The notes beneath the pieces are model-generated. The model saw only the letters and a program-made list of their open reading frames with translations. It ran no database searches and was not told where the DNA came from. From an uncultured archaeon (GTDB lineage Archaea > Nanobdellota > Nanobdellia > Pacearchaeales > GW2011-AR1), in the NCBI GenBank assembly GCA_903866625.1, contig CAIPOI010000002.1, forward strand, positions 37,063 to 101,062: a stretch of 64,000 nt of DNA, given 5' to 3'. The position numbers and the translations under genes were made by a program. Below are positions 40,917-48,620 of this stretch, piece after piece. The first letter of the stretch is position 1, and the number at the start of each line of letters is the position of its first letter.

Positions 40917-42934
40917 GATTTTACTTGGATATTCTGATATCTCTCAAAATGAGTTTCTCCACTATCATCTGTAGCTAACCAAAAAGCAACCGCTCTATCA
41001 ATTATTTCTCTTTTCTCTGCAGGTATAAATGTATTATATCCCGGAATACATTTTGTTATTTTATCATTCTTATTAATAAGTCCAGTTCCGTTTACTTGGA
41101 TTTGTTTAGGATAATAACTAAAATCTTGTGCTCTTAATGAACCAATTATCTCTGAAGGTGAAACCAAACCCCCATTTAGGCATCTATTTTCTTGAAGTTG
41201 TTCAAAACTATATCTTTCTTGAGCTTTTGCTATGGCTGTTCTTATCTCGCTCGGACTGCATAAAACTCTTGCATAAACTTCTTCTAGAGAATCTCCAAAT
41301 CTGTAATTGCCTTGGATATACTTAGCAGTGTGAATCCATTTTCTCCATCCTTGAAGATTTAAATCATTAGTTGAAGCTACCCCTCTTTCTCTTGTAGATT
41401 CTATTATAAAGTTTTTAGGAGTAAATGAACTAGTTCTCTCTTCATCAAAGTCCACTTTATCTTTTGATAATGCCATACTCCTTATCATTGATAATGTAAG
41501 TCTTTTATCTAATCCGGGATGTATTCTAAAGAATCCATCAAAATCTTTCATATCCTGACTTTCTAAAATTTCTTTGCTTTCTAAACCTTGCTTATAGTAC
41601 TTAGCAAACATATCTGGCCCATAAGCAACTTCATAATTGATTGTAGCCGCTTTTCCAGGAGAATCAGCCATTAATCCCGTTCTTGTCTGGCATCTTAGAA
41701 CATCACTCAAGGTTGGAATCCTCTCATTATTCTGACTTGAACTAAATGCTCCGGCAGATATTCCCCAAGAAGCAGCAAATCCAAGACATAAAAGAGAGCC
41801 ACCCAAGGCAGCATATTTTTTTACTGCGTCTACTACTTCTTCTCTAGTAGTTCTTGTAGCATCTTTAAATCTTAATTCTGCTTGATAGACACTGGTTATT
41901 GGTCTTTTTGGTTTTGTAGATAACATATCGTATAAGAAGCTCCTAATATATCTTGGAGCTCGCTCTAACCTTTCTTTTAATTCTGTTTCATGTTCTTCTA
42001 AAGAAATAGATTCTAAGTCCCTATCTCCTTCCCTTAATTTAACTATAAACTCTGCGCCGCCAATAGATAATTTTCTTCCATTCTTATCTTCAACTAAACT
42101 ATAATCAAATAATTTTCTCCCAGTTACTATTTCATATAATACTGCGCCAATTGCATAAATTTCTTCTCTTTCTGTATATTTACTCGGAATTCCTGTTGCA
42201 CAAGCGTTTAACAGTACAGGATGAGTAGCAGAAGTAGAACCTCTTGTTGGAACTGCTTCAGATTCTATTTCCATTTTCATTGCAGCATTTTGCAAATCAG
42301 TCACTATAACTCCTTCCCTTCTCCGAGGTACAATCATATTTTCAGCACTGATATCTCTATGTAAAATACCATTATCATGCAAATATGCAAATGCTTCTAA
42401 TATTGGAGTAAAAAATCTCTTTAGAGCTTTTCTTTCCCTTACCCTATTTGCATCCCTAATATACCCTCTAACAGTTTGTCCTTCAATATAATCTTCAGCA
42501 TTAACAGTTCTACCATCAGGTAACTGAAAACTATCTGCAGTTCTAACAATATAAGGATGACTTAGTTTTCCAGAGATAATTGCCTCTTGCAAATCAATAT
42601 TTCTTCTACTTCTATTAATCTTAGCATTTACAGAGCTTACAATGGAATTTGGTTCAGGTACTTTTACTACAACGTCTCTTTGTAGATTACCATTAGAATG
42701 TACTGCTTTGTAGACTACCCTATTACTTCCTTCATTATACCACAGACCTCTGTTTAGCGGTCTACCGATAAGAGTATATCCTCTTTGAGTAATCGCTTCT
42801 AAATCATTTTTGCTTAGTCCTGGAAATTCTGTCTTAGGATCTTGATTTACTATTCTCTCTGCTTGAGTTAGTAATTCTTGAGTATCAGTCATTCTTGCTT
42901 GATCGGGTTTTTGTTCTAAAGTTTTAGTTTGCAT
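40877..42934 (-). CDS. Membrane-spanning protein kinase-like protein (N-terminal ePK-like domain, 1 TM, ~290-aa C-terminal extracytoplasmic domain)
   Basis: VVVKV (beta3 Lys), HRDISAENM (catalytic loop without the Lys), VTDLQ (in place of DFG), EIYAIGAVLYEIVTG. TM helix AALGGSLLCLGFAASWGISAGAF. ATG at 42934; the track uses GTG at 42949. Confidence 0.65.
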   Translation of the reverse strand: MQTKTLEQKPDQARMTDTQELLTQAERIVNQDPKTEFPGLSKNDLEAITQRGYTLIGRPLNRGLWYNEGSNRVVYKAVHSNGNLQRDVVVKVPEPNSIVSSVNAKINRSRRNIDLQEAIISGKLSHPYIVRTADSFQLPDGRTVNAEDYIEGQTVRGYIRDANRVRERKALKRFFTPILEAFAYLHDNGILHRDISAENMIVPRRREGVIVTDLQNAAMKMEIESEAVPTRGSTSATHPVLLNACATGIPSKYTEREEIYAIGAVLYEIVTGRKLFDYSLVEDKNGRKLSIGGAEFIVKLREGDRDLESISLEEHETELKERLERAPRYIRSFLYDMLSTKPKRPITSVYQAELRFKDATRTTREEVVDAVKKYAALGGSLLCLGFAASWGISAGAFSSSQNNERIPTLSDVLRCQTRTGLMADSPGKAATINYEVAYGPDMFAKYYKQGLESKEILESQDMKDFDGFFRIHPGLDKRLTLSMIRSMALSKDKVDFDEERTSSFTPKNFIIESTRERGVASTNDLNLQGWRKWIHTAKYIQGNYRFGDSLEEVYARVLCSPSEIRTAIAKAQERYSFEQLQENRCLNGGLVSPSEIIGSLRAQDFSYYPKQIQVNGTGLINKNDKITKCIPGYNTFIPAEKREIIDRAVAFWLATDDSGETHFERYQNIQVKSQMSIPAKGEAHK

Positions 42935-43094
42935 TTTTCTCCTCCGCACCCAAGATATCTATATTTAGTTGAACAATTGTTCCTGGTTTTAACTGCGATT
43001 CAAGAATTCTAGGAATAACTATTACTGCTTGTGAGCCATGCTTTGCTATCTTCTTTGTAATAATGAATTTTTTTGTTGGGTTTTGGTTTTCCAT
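42924..43094 (-). CDS. Unannotated 56-aa AbrB/SpoVT-like small protein, paralogue of 37476..37649
   Basis: Below ORF-track cutoff. My translation is MENQNPTKKFIITKKIAKHGSQAVIVIPRILESQLKPGTIVQLNIDILGAEEKNAN. Its last 11 nt overlap the kinase start. Confidence 0.55.
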   Translation of the reverse strand: MENQNPTKKFIITKKIAKHGSQAVIVIPRILESQLKPGTIVQLNIDILGAEEKNAN

Positions 43095-43330
43095 GTTATT
43101 TTGTTACTACTTTTTAGTCATATATTATACATAAATTATGTATAAATCCTTTATAAACCTTGTGGTTTTGTCTTAATTATAAAGTGACACCTATTATCCA
43201 AAACACATTATACCAAAACTTTAAATACTCCGATTTTGGTTTTATATAATAAGAAGTAGTTGAGACAATGTTGAGTTGAGTAAAACGAATTCTTATAGAA
43301 ATAAACAACATTGGAGGAAAAAATTTAAGA

Positions 43331-43636
43331 ATGGCATACGGTAATTTTCGAGGCAATTCTGGTGGATTCGGCGGCGGTAGAAGGCCTGGCGGATTCAGAA
43401 GAAGCTTCGGACCACGTGAAATGACTAAAATCAAGTGTTCACAATGTGGTAAAGAAGACGAAGTCCCTTTCAAGCCTAGAGATGGAAGCACAGTTCTTTG
43501 TAAAGAATGTTACTTCAAATCAAAAGGAATTGAACCAAGAAACAATAGTTTCAAAAAGGACAAAGAACAGAAAGAAGTAGCTGAATCTGCTGAAAATGCA
43601 GAAGAAGCTGAAGAAGAAAATTCTGAAGACTTCTAA
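43331..43636 (+). CDS. RGG-rich zinc-ribbon protein (CxxC-x(n)-CxxC) with acidic tail
   Basis: GNFRGNSGGFGGGRRPGGFRR, then CSQCG...VPFKP...VLCKECY, then an E-rich tail. Confidence 0.6.
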   Translation: MAYGNFRGNSGGFGGGRRPGGFRRSFGPREMTKIKCSQCGKEDEVPFKPRDGSTVLCKECYFKSKGIEPRNNSFKKDKEQKEVAESAENAEEAEEENSEDF

Positions 43637-43678
43637 AAGTTCAAACAATTTAATAAAATTATTTTTATTATTTTTTCT

Positions 43679-44320
43679 TTATTTTTTTATTTTTCTTTTT
43701 TTCTGTCTCTCTTTCTTTTCTATACTTTCCTCTTCAACATCTAACCAGCGATTTATTGCCTTTTGAATAAAATTAAAAATTATAAATACTAGTATCAAAA
43801 TGGTTATAGCAATCTGCAAATTTTCAACTGCCTTATACACCCAATTAAACCCAACTGCAGCAAGATAGCCTATCCCACCCATAAATATAACCCATAGTAT
43901 AGTAGCAAAACAATTATAATACAAAAATCTACCAAAACCAATTTTCTTTTTAGATAAATAAAGAGTAGTTATAACTCTTGTTCCATACAAAAATTTTACA
44001 ATACATAATAAAATAAAACTACTTCCCCCAAAAACTTTTTCCATTAATTTCTCAACATGCCTATATCCATGGTTAAATTTTTCATTTTTAAATGTAGCTA
44101 GAAATCTTACTCCAAGGCCATACCATATAGCATCTCCAATCATTGTTCCAAAGTATGCTGCACTAAAAATTATCCAAAGAGGAATATGAAAGTGTACGGA
44201 GAGTATAACTAATGCAACTAAAGAAGCATCTCCCCATAAGGCGGTAGCAATCATTGAGGTTATATAAAAAAGAATATAGTTATTTACAAACAACAATCCA
44301 AAACTTTCAAAGTTTATCAT
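43679..44320 (-). CDS. DedA/SNARE-associated family membrane protein with basic tail
   Basis: Multi-TM protein with a GTMIGDAIWYGLG region typical of DedA-like proteins. Tail KKERQKKRKIKK. Confidence 0.55.
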   Translation of the reverse strand: MINFESFGLLFVNNYILFYITSMIATALWGDASLVALVILSVHFHIPLWIIFSAAYFGTMIGDAIWYGLGVRFLATFKNEKFNHGYRHVEKLMEKVFGGSSFILLCIVKFLYGTRVITTLYLSKKKIGFGRFLYYNCFATILWVIFMGGIGYLAAVGFNWVYKAVENLQIAITILILVFIIFNFIQKAINRWLDVEEESIEKKERQKKRKIKK

Positions 44321-44334
44321 CGGTTTTATTAATT

Positions 44335-44910
44335 TTAATAATTATCGGCTTTTAACTCATAAAATGCTTGAGGATGAGAGCAAGTAGGACATATTGCAGG
44401 AGCATCCTTACCCTCATGAACGTGCCCACAATTTCTACAAACCCATCTTACATTTTCTTTCTTCTTAAAAACTTCTTTCTTTTTTACGTTTTCTAAAAGT
44501 TTTCTAAATCTTTTTTCATGTTCAACTTCAACTTTTGCGACATTCTTAAAAGCATTAGCAACTGCTATAAATCCCTCTTCTCTTGCAATCTTTTCAAATT
44601 CAGGATAAATAGTTCCCCACTCCATCTTCTCGCCTTCAGCAGAAGCTAAAAGATTTTCAGCGGTGGTTCCAATCTTTCCAGCAGGATAACTTGCTTCAAT
44701 AGTTACGTCTCCGCCTTCTAAAAACTTAAAGAAGATTTTTGCATGTTCTTTTTCATTATTAGCAGTTTCTTCAAAGAAAGCAGAAATCTGTTCAAATCCT
44801 TCTTTTCTCGCTACACTTGCAAAATAAGTGTATCTATTTCTTGCTTGGCTTTCGCCAGCAAACGCCTTCAAAAGATTTTTTTCAGTCTCACTTCCTTTTA
44901 TACTCTTCAT
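44335..44910 (-). CDS. rbr: Rubrerythrin
   Basis: Ferritin-like diiron helices (EKEHAKIF, EVEHEKRF) plus a C-terminal rubredoxin-like CRNCGH...CPTC. Confidence 0.85.
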   Translation of the reverse strand: MKSIKGSETEKNLLKAFAGESQARNRYTYFASVARKEGFEQISAFFEETANNEKEHAKIFFKFLEGGDVTIEASYPAGKIGTTAENLLASAEGEKMEWGTIYPEFEKIAREEGFIAVANAFKNVAKVEVEHEKRFRKLLENVKKKEVFKKKENVRWVCRNCGHVHEGKDAPAICPTCSHPQAFYELKADNY

Positions 44911-44968
44911 TATTTTATATCGGCTTTTGGGTTTATAAGGGTTTTGAAAATTAAAGAATTATGTTTGC

Positions 44969-45754
44969 TTAATAGATGCTACACTTACTTTCTTTTATGA
45001 ATCTATCAGCTCTTTTTTGAGCAGCAACTAACTCTCTTCCAAAAAAAGTTCTAATCTCTTCAGGAGTTTTCAATTGTGCTCTTTCTTCTTGACTATATTT
45101 TAGTTTGCTAAAACGATTATAAGAAAGCATTTCTTCGTACATACTTCCATTTTTAATATCAACTTGCCTAGCTAACAAATCCAAGAGAATTCTTGTTGGT
45201 GGGGGAGAAACAGCATAAACTTCTTCTAAGCTTAAACCGGCATGCATAAGTCCACTAATATATCTTCTAAGCATAAAAGTCCTTTCATTTTGCGTATAGT
45301 GCATAAGTCTATCATGCTCTTCTGCAGTTTTGATTAAAACTTTTGCTCCAGCTTTTTCAAAAGCACCAATAACTGCTTTACATTTTTCTCCAGATTTTTC
45401 TGTGGGGCAATATACTACTGTCTCATTGTAGATACTTTCTCTTTCTCCATATAATGGATGTAAACTGCCAACTTCTGCATTTTTTGGAGCATAGTGTTTC
45501 ATTAAATCTAAAAAAGGAATTTTTACTCCAGTAAAATCCATAACTGCTTCAGAAACAGGAGCTACTCTTTCTATTATCTGTTGTGTAGCTGAAATAGGAA
45601 CAGTGATAATTGTTAAATCTGCCATACTCGCTGCAACCTCTAAACTCGGAGTAGAATTTCTTCCAGAAATTATAACTTCGTGTCCTGCTGCTTCAAAAAC
45701 AGGTTTATGTGTTCTTCCCATAGGTCCATTTCCCCCCGCAATATTAATTATCAT
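44969..45754 (-). CDS. tyrA: Prephenate dehydrogenase
   Basis: N-terminal Rossmann INIAGGNGPMGRT. Length and layout fit TyrA, and pheA is adjacent. Confidence 0.65.
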   Translation of the reverse strand: MIINIAGGNGPMGRTHKPVFEAAGHEVIISGRNSTPSLEVAASMADLTIITVPISATQQIIERVAPVSEAVMDFTGVKIPFLDLMKHYAPKNAEVGSLHPLYGERESIYNETVVYCPTEKSGEKCKAVIGAFEKAGAKVLIKTAEEHDRLMHYTQNERTFMLRRYISGLMHAGLSLEEVYAVSPPPTRILLDLLARQVDIKNGSMYEEMLSYNRFSKLKYSQEERAQLKTPEEIRTFFGRELVAAQKRADRFIKESKCSIY

Positions 45755-45759
45755 TTTTA

Positions 45760-46623
45760 TCAGGTTTTTTTAATTTCATCCCAATGAGTATTAGGATAAC
45801 TTCCATAAATTCTTACGGCATCAGGATATTTACCCTGTGGGTCTAAATATAATTTTAGATCTTCAAGTGCTCTCTTGACTAATTTATCCTCTTTATGTCC
45901 ATTTATTTCTACAAAAAAATGATAGCTTCTCTTTTCAGGATTTTTATCAGGTCTTGAAAAAATATCTGCCATATTAATATTAAAAAGTTTTAATGGAGAT
46001 AAACAATTATACAAAACTCCTGCTTCGTCAGTTACATAAGGATGAAATGAAATAAAGGTTTTATCATCGCCAGTTAGTTTTGTTGGTTGTTTTCCAAGTG
46101 CGAAAAATCTTGTAAGATTATTTGGACAAATATCTTCTGCTAAAATTTCAAGTCCTTCAAGACCTTTTTTAGAAGCAATAGCTCCAGCATTTTTTAATTG
46201 CTCCTTAACTATTCTTTCAACTGCTAAAACAGTATTTGCTACAGCTACTTGTTCTGCTTGAGGATAATTTTCACTAAGATAAGCCTCGCACTGTTCTAGA
46301 GCTTGGTCTTTTGACATTACCTGAGTTATTTGCCCATGGTCTTTTAATGCTCCAAAACAATGAACAATCGGAGTAGCTAATTCTCTAACTATAGATGATT
46401 GGCGGGTTAAACTAACTAAACTATCTAATGTACCTATGACTTTTCCATTATAGATATTCTCGAAAGGAATAACTCCATAATCTACCTCGCCATTCTCCAC
46501 AGCCATTACAACATTTTTTACGTGAGCATAAGTTGCTAATTCTGCTCCAGCAAACATTAACTCTGCAGCACTATGAGTATATGCTCCTTTATTACCCAAG
46601 CATGCTACTTTTGTTCTTCTCAT
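45760..46623 (-). CDS. pheA: Prephenate dehydratase (PDT plus ACT domains)
   Basis: VACLGNKGAYTHSAA..., TRFFALGK, and a C-terminal ACT-like FSRPDKN...YHFFVEINGH. Confidence 0.75.
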   Translation of the reverse strand: MRRTKVACLGNKGAYTHSAAELMFAGAELATYAHVKNVVMAVENGEVDYGVIPFENIYNGKVIGTLDSLVSLTRQSSIVRELATPIVHCFGALKDHGQITQVMSKDQALEQCEAYLSENYPQAEQVAVANTVLAVERIVKEQLKNAGAIASKKGLEGLEILAEDICPNNLTRFFALGKQPTKLTGDDKTFISFHPYVTDEAGVLYNCLSPLKLFNINMADIFSRPDKNPEKRSYHFFVEINGHKEDKLVKRALEDLKLYLDPQGKYPDAVRIYGSYPNTHWDEIKKT

Positions 46624-47006
46624 GTTATAGGTTCTCCTTTCTCCTTTAAAAATTCTATGTACTTTTTTAAGATTGTTGTTAAATTGAGCAGGGCATAATC
46701 TGCTTTCTCGCCAATAGCTATTTCTCCAACAACTTCTACGGCATCTAATGGACTAGTTCTAACCATTCCGCAATATAACGCTACTTTTAGTTGAGGATAA
46801 GCTCGTTTTACTTCTCTTACATCTCCGTCTTTTGCCCAATGAACAATAAGCCCATCAAGACTTTTAGCTCTAACTAGAGAATCTAATTCAACTAGATTTC
46901 TTATTTGAACTGTCTCTATAGGTTCTATAGCATTAATCACTCTGGTTAGATGTTCAAATATATCTTCCTGATGATCTGCAAACCTTTCATATATTCCAAT
47001 TCTCAT
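46620..47006 (-). CDS. Hypothetical protein translationally coupled to pheA
   Basis: ATG at 47006 (MRIGIYERF...); the track uses GTG at 47036. 4-nt overlap with pheA. No family recognised. Confidence 0.45.
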   Translation of the reverse strand: MRIGIYERFADHQEDIFEHLTRVINAIEPIETVQIRNLVELDSLVRAKSLDGLIVHWAKDGDVREVKRAYPQLKVALYCGMVRTSPLDAVEVVGEIAIGEKADYALLNLTTILKKYIEFLKEKGEPIT

Positions 47007-47030
47007 ATTTTTGTCTTTCTTTTTACCTAA

Positions 47031-47055
47031 TATCACCAGAACTCTTTTCCCAGAT
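47031..47055 (-). promoter_or_regulatory. Conserved leader motif (minus-strand reading ATCTGGGAAAAGAGTTCTGGTGATA)
   Basis: It shares a 17-nt exact core, tatcaccagaactcttt, with 59395..59417. It contains an SD-like GGTGAT and lies 25 nt upstream of the ATG at 47006. Confidence 0.35.
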
Positions 47056-47085
47056 TCTTTAGTTTTAAAGGGTTTATAATACTAA

Positions 47086-47168
47086 CGCCCGCGCCAGGAG
47101 TCGAACCTGGGCACCCAGTAAAGGGTCGAGCTTTCCAGGCTCGTGCAATACCGTTATGCGACGCGGGC
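47086..47168 (-). tRNA. tRNA-Ser(GGA)
   Basis: Hand-folded. Acceptor GCCCGCG/CGCGGGC. D-arm with GG. Anticodon stem CGAGC/GCUCG with loop CUGGAAA. Long variable arm CCC...GGG. T-arm CCAGG-UUCGACU-CCUGG. No encoded CCA. Confidence 0.85.
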
Positions 47169-47272
47169 TTAAAATATTCAATAAAAATCTTCTTATAAAC
47201 CTTGTTGCTATTTATTTAATATATCTTTCAAATCAAACAAATCTTTATATTCTCTTTTTCAGAGTTAAGATT

Positions 47273-47821
47273 ATGGGTGATGAAGTATTATTCAAAGATT
47301 GGGAGAAACCTAGCTGGAATGAGTACTATATGGGTATGGCTTTTCAGATAGCAATGCGTTCTATTGACCCTTCAACAAAGCAAGGTTGTATAGTTGTTGG
47401 TCCCCACCACGAACCTTTGACTCTTGGGTATAATTCTCCTCCAAGAGGCTGTCTAGATCATTTAATTCCAATTACAAGACCTGAAAAATATCCTTATATG
47501 ATTCACGCAGAAGAAAATGCTATAGCTAATGCTGCTCGAAAGGGGATTGCATTAATTGATTCAACTTTTTATATAACTGGCCACCCTTGTTCAGATTGTT
47601 TTAAATTAATGCTTCAGGTTGGTGCTAAAAAGATTATCTATGGTCCTGTAACTTCTAATCAAAAGTGTATTTCTCCTAAAGATTTAGAAGCCATAGCCCT
47701 TATGTTAAAGGGAAGAGAGGGTTTTCCTTTCGAGAAATTTTCAGGAAATTTAAATCAAGTCTCAAAACTAATGAGAATGGCTGCAGATTACTTAGACTCT
47801 GAATCAAAAAGATTAATCTGA
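47273..47821 (+). CDS. dCMP deaminase (ComEB/CDA family)
   Basis: HAEENAI and PCSDC zinc motifs. The ATG at 47273 is used because the track start at 47156 overlaps the tRNA. Confidence 0.8.
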   Translation: MGDEVLFKDWEKPSWNEYYMGMAFQIAMRSIDPSTKQGCIVVGPHHEPLTLGYNSPPRGCLDHLIPITRPEKYPYMIHAEENAIANAARKGIALIDSTFYITGHPCSDCFKLMLQVGAKKIIYGPVTSNQKCISPKDLEAIALMLKGREGFPFEKFSGNLNQVSKLMRMAADYLDSESKRLI

Positions 47822-48583
47822 AATAATATAAAAAAACTCATTTGGAAAGTTTAACAGCTTAGAATTAAGTTTTTTTCTCTCAAGCATTTTTTCTATCCAA
47901 CCCCTATAAGGAAAATTCATGGGTTTGCCTGAAACAGTAAGCTTTGAAAAGCTGACAACAATAAACTTATATTTTTTTATTAATTCAAGAATAATTTCTT
48001 CACTATACTTATGACCTTTTTTTTCAAGAACATCAAGAAGCTTAAACATAAAGCAAATCTCTGCGTTAGGAAGTTCTTTTACGTTTTCTATCTTGCTTAG
48101 ATCTAAAATTTCTGCTTTTCCATCTATTTTTTCAGATTTAAAAAAATGATTAATTATTTCTTTATCACTTTCATTGATATCATAAGCAAAATATTTTATT
48201 TTTTTATCAAGATTCATATGAGAAAATGAAAGAGGATTTAATCCACAACCCAAATCTACTACTGAGCTTGGCTTTCCTGTAATCTCAAATATTTCTTCAT
48301 ATAATTCTGGATAAATTTCAAGTCTTTCTTTTGTTGAACGATTACTCTTAAGCAATTCTAAAAAATCTCCAGTTTGAATATATTTATTTTTTAGTTTTGT
48401 GGAAAATCTAAAACTTCCGTGAGTTTTATGCAAACTTGCTTTTATTTCCTTTAAAGCTAACTTTTCATCAGCATAAGGATATTTTTTTAAAAATTCCTCT
48501 ACTCTTGTTTTTATAATCTCCCCAGATATTTCTTTATACTTCTTAGAGTTTTTTATGAGTTTTACAAGTTCTTTGGGGTCCAT
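47813..48583 (-). CDS. 16S rRNA (guanine1405-N7)-methyltransferase family protein (ArmA/Rmt/FmrO-like)
   Basis: Motif-by-motif match to my recollection of ArmA/RmtB: NSKKYKEIS, LHKTHGSF, RSTKERL, VVDLGCGLNPLSF, YFAYDIN, FMFKLLDVLEK, VVSFSKLTVSGK. Confidence 0.7.
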   Translation of the reverse strand: MDPKELVKLIKNSKKYKEISGEIIKTRVEEFLKKYPYADEKLALKEIKASLHKTHGSFRFSTKLKNKYIQTGDFLELLKSNRSTKERLEIYPELYEEIFEITGKPSSVVDLGCGLNPLSFSHMNLDKKIKYFAYDINESDKEIINHFFKSEKIDGKAEILDLSKIENVKELPNAEICFMFKLLDVLEKKGHKYSEEIILELIKKYKFIVVSFSKLTVSGKPMNFPYRGWIEKMLERKKLNSKLLNFPNEFFYIISD

Positions 48584-48620
48584 AATCTAATAAAGAAAAA
48601 GATAGTTTTAAGGTTAACTA

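Noticed and set aside
42935-42949. GTG start (MRRRK...) of the kinase ORF, and the similar GTG/TTG track starts at 47036, 30380, 33873 and 63856
   Set aside because: In-frame ATGs with better context lie a few codons downstream (SD-like sequence, upstream stop or coupled overlap). At 63856 the frame is simply open to the window edge, so the TTG is not a real start.
43177-43491. 104-aa minus-strand ORF in the track (MLPSLGLKGTSSSLPHC...PPGLLPPPNPPELPRK)
   Set aside because: It is antisense to the RGG/zinc-ribbon gene at 43331..43636. Its Pro/Leu-rich sequence is the mirror of the Gly/Arg codons there, and it has no promoter or start context of its own.
47086-47168. tRNA-Ser as the attachment site of an integrated element (searched for a duplicated tRNA 3' fragment)
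   Set aside because: By eye I found no second copy of the tRNA 3' half (ggagtcgaacc / gttcgactcc) anywhere in the window, and no integrase gene. Only the compositional contrast of the flanks remains, which is insufficient.
47156-47272. N-terminal 39-codon extension of the dCMP deaminase ORF
   Set aside because: It overlaps the tRNA-Ser gene (47086..47168) and reads as hydrophobic nonsense. The ATG at 47273 gives a normal deaminase N-terminus.
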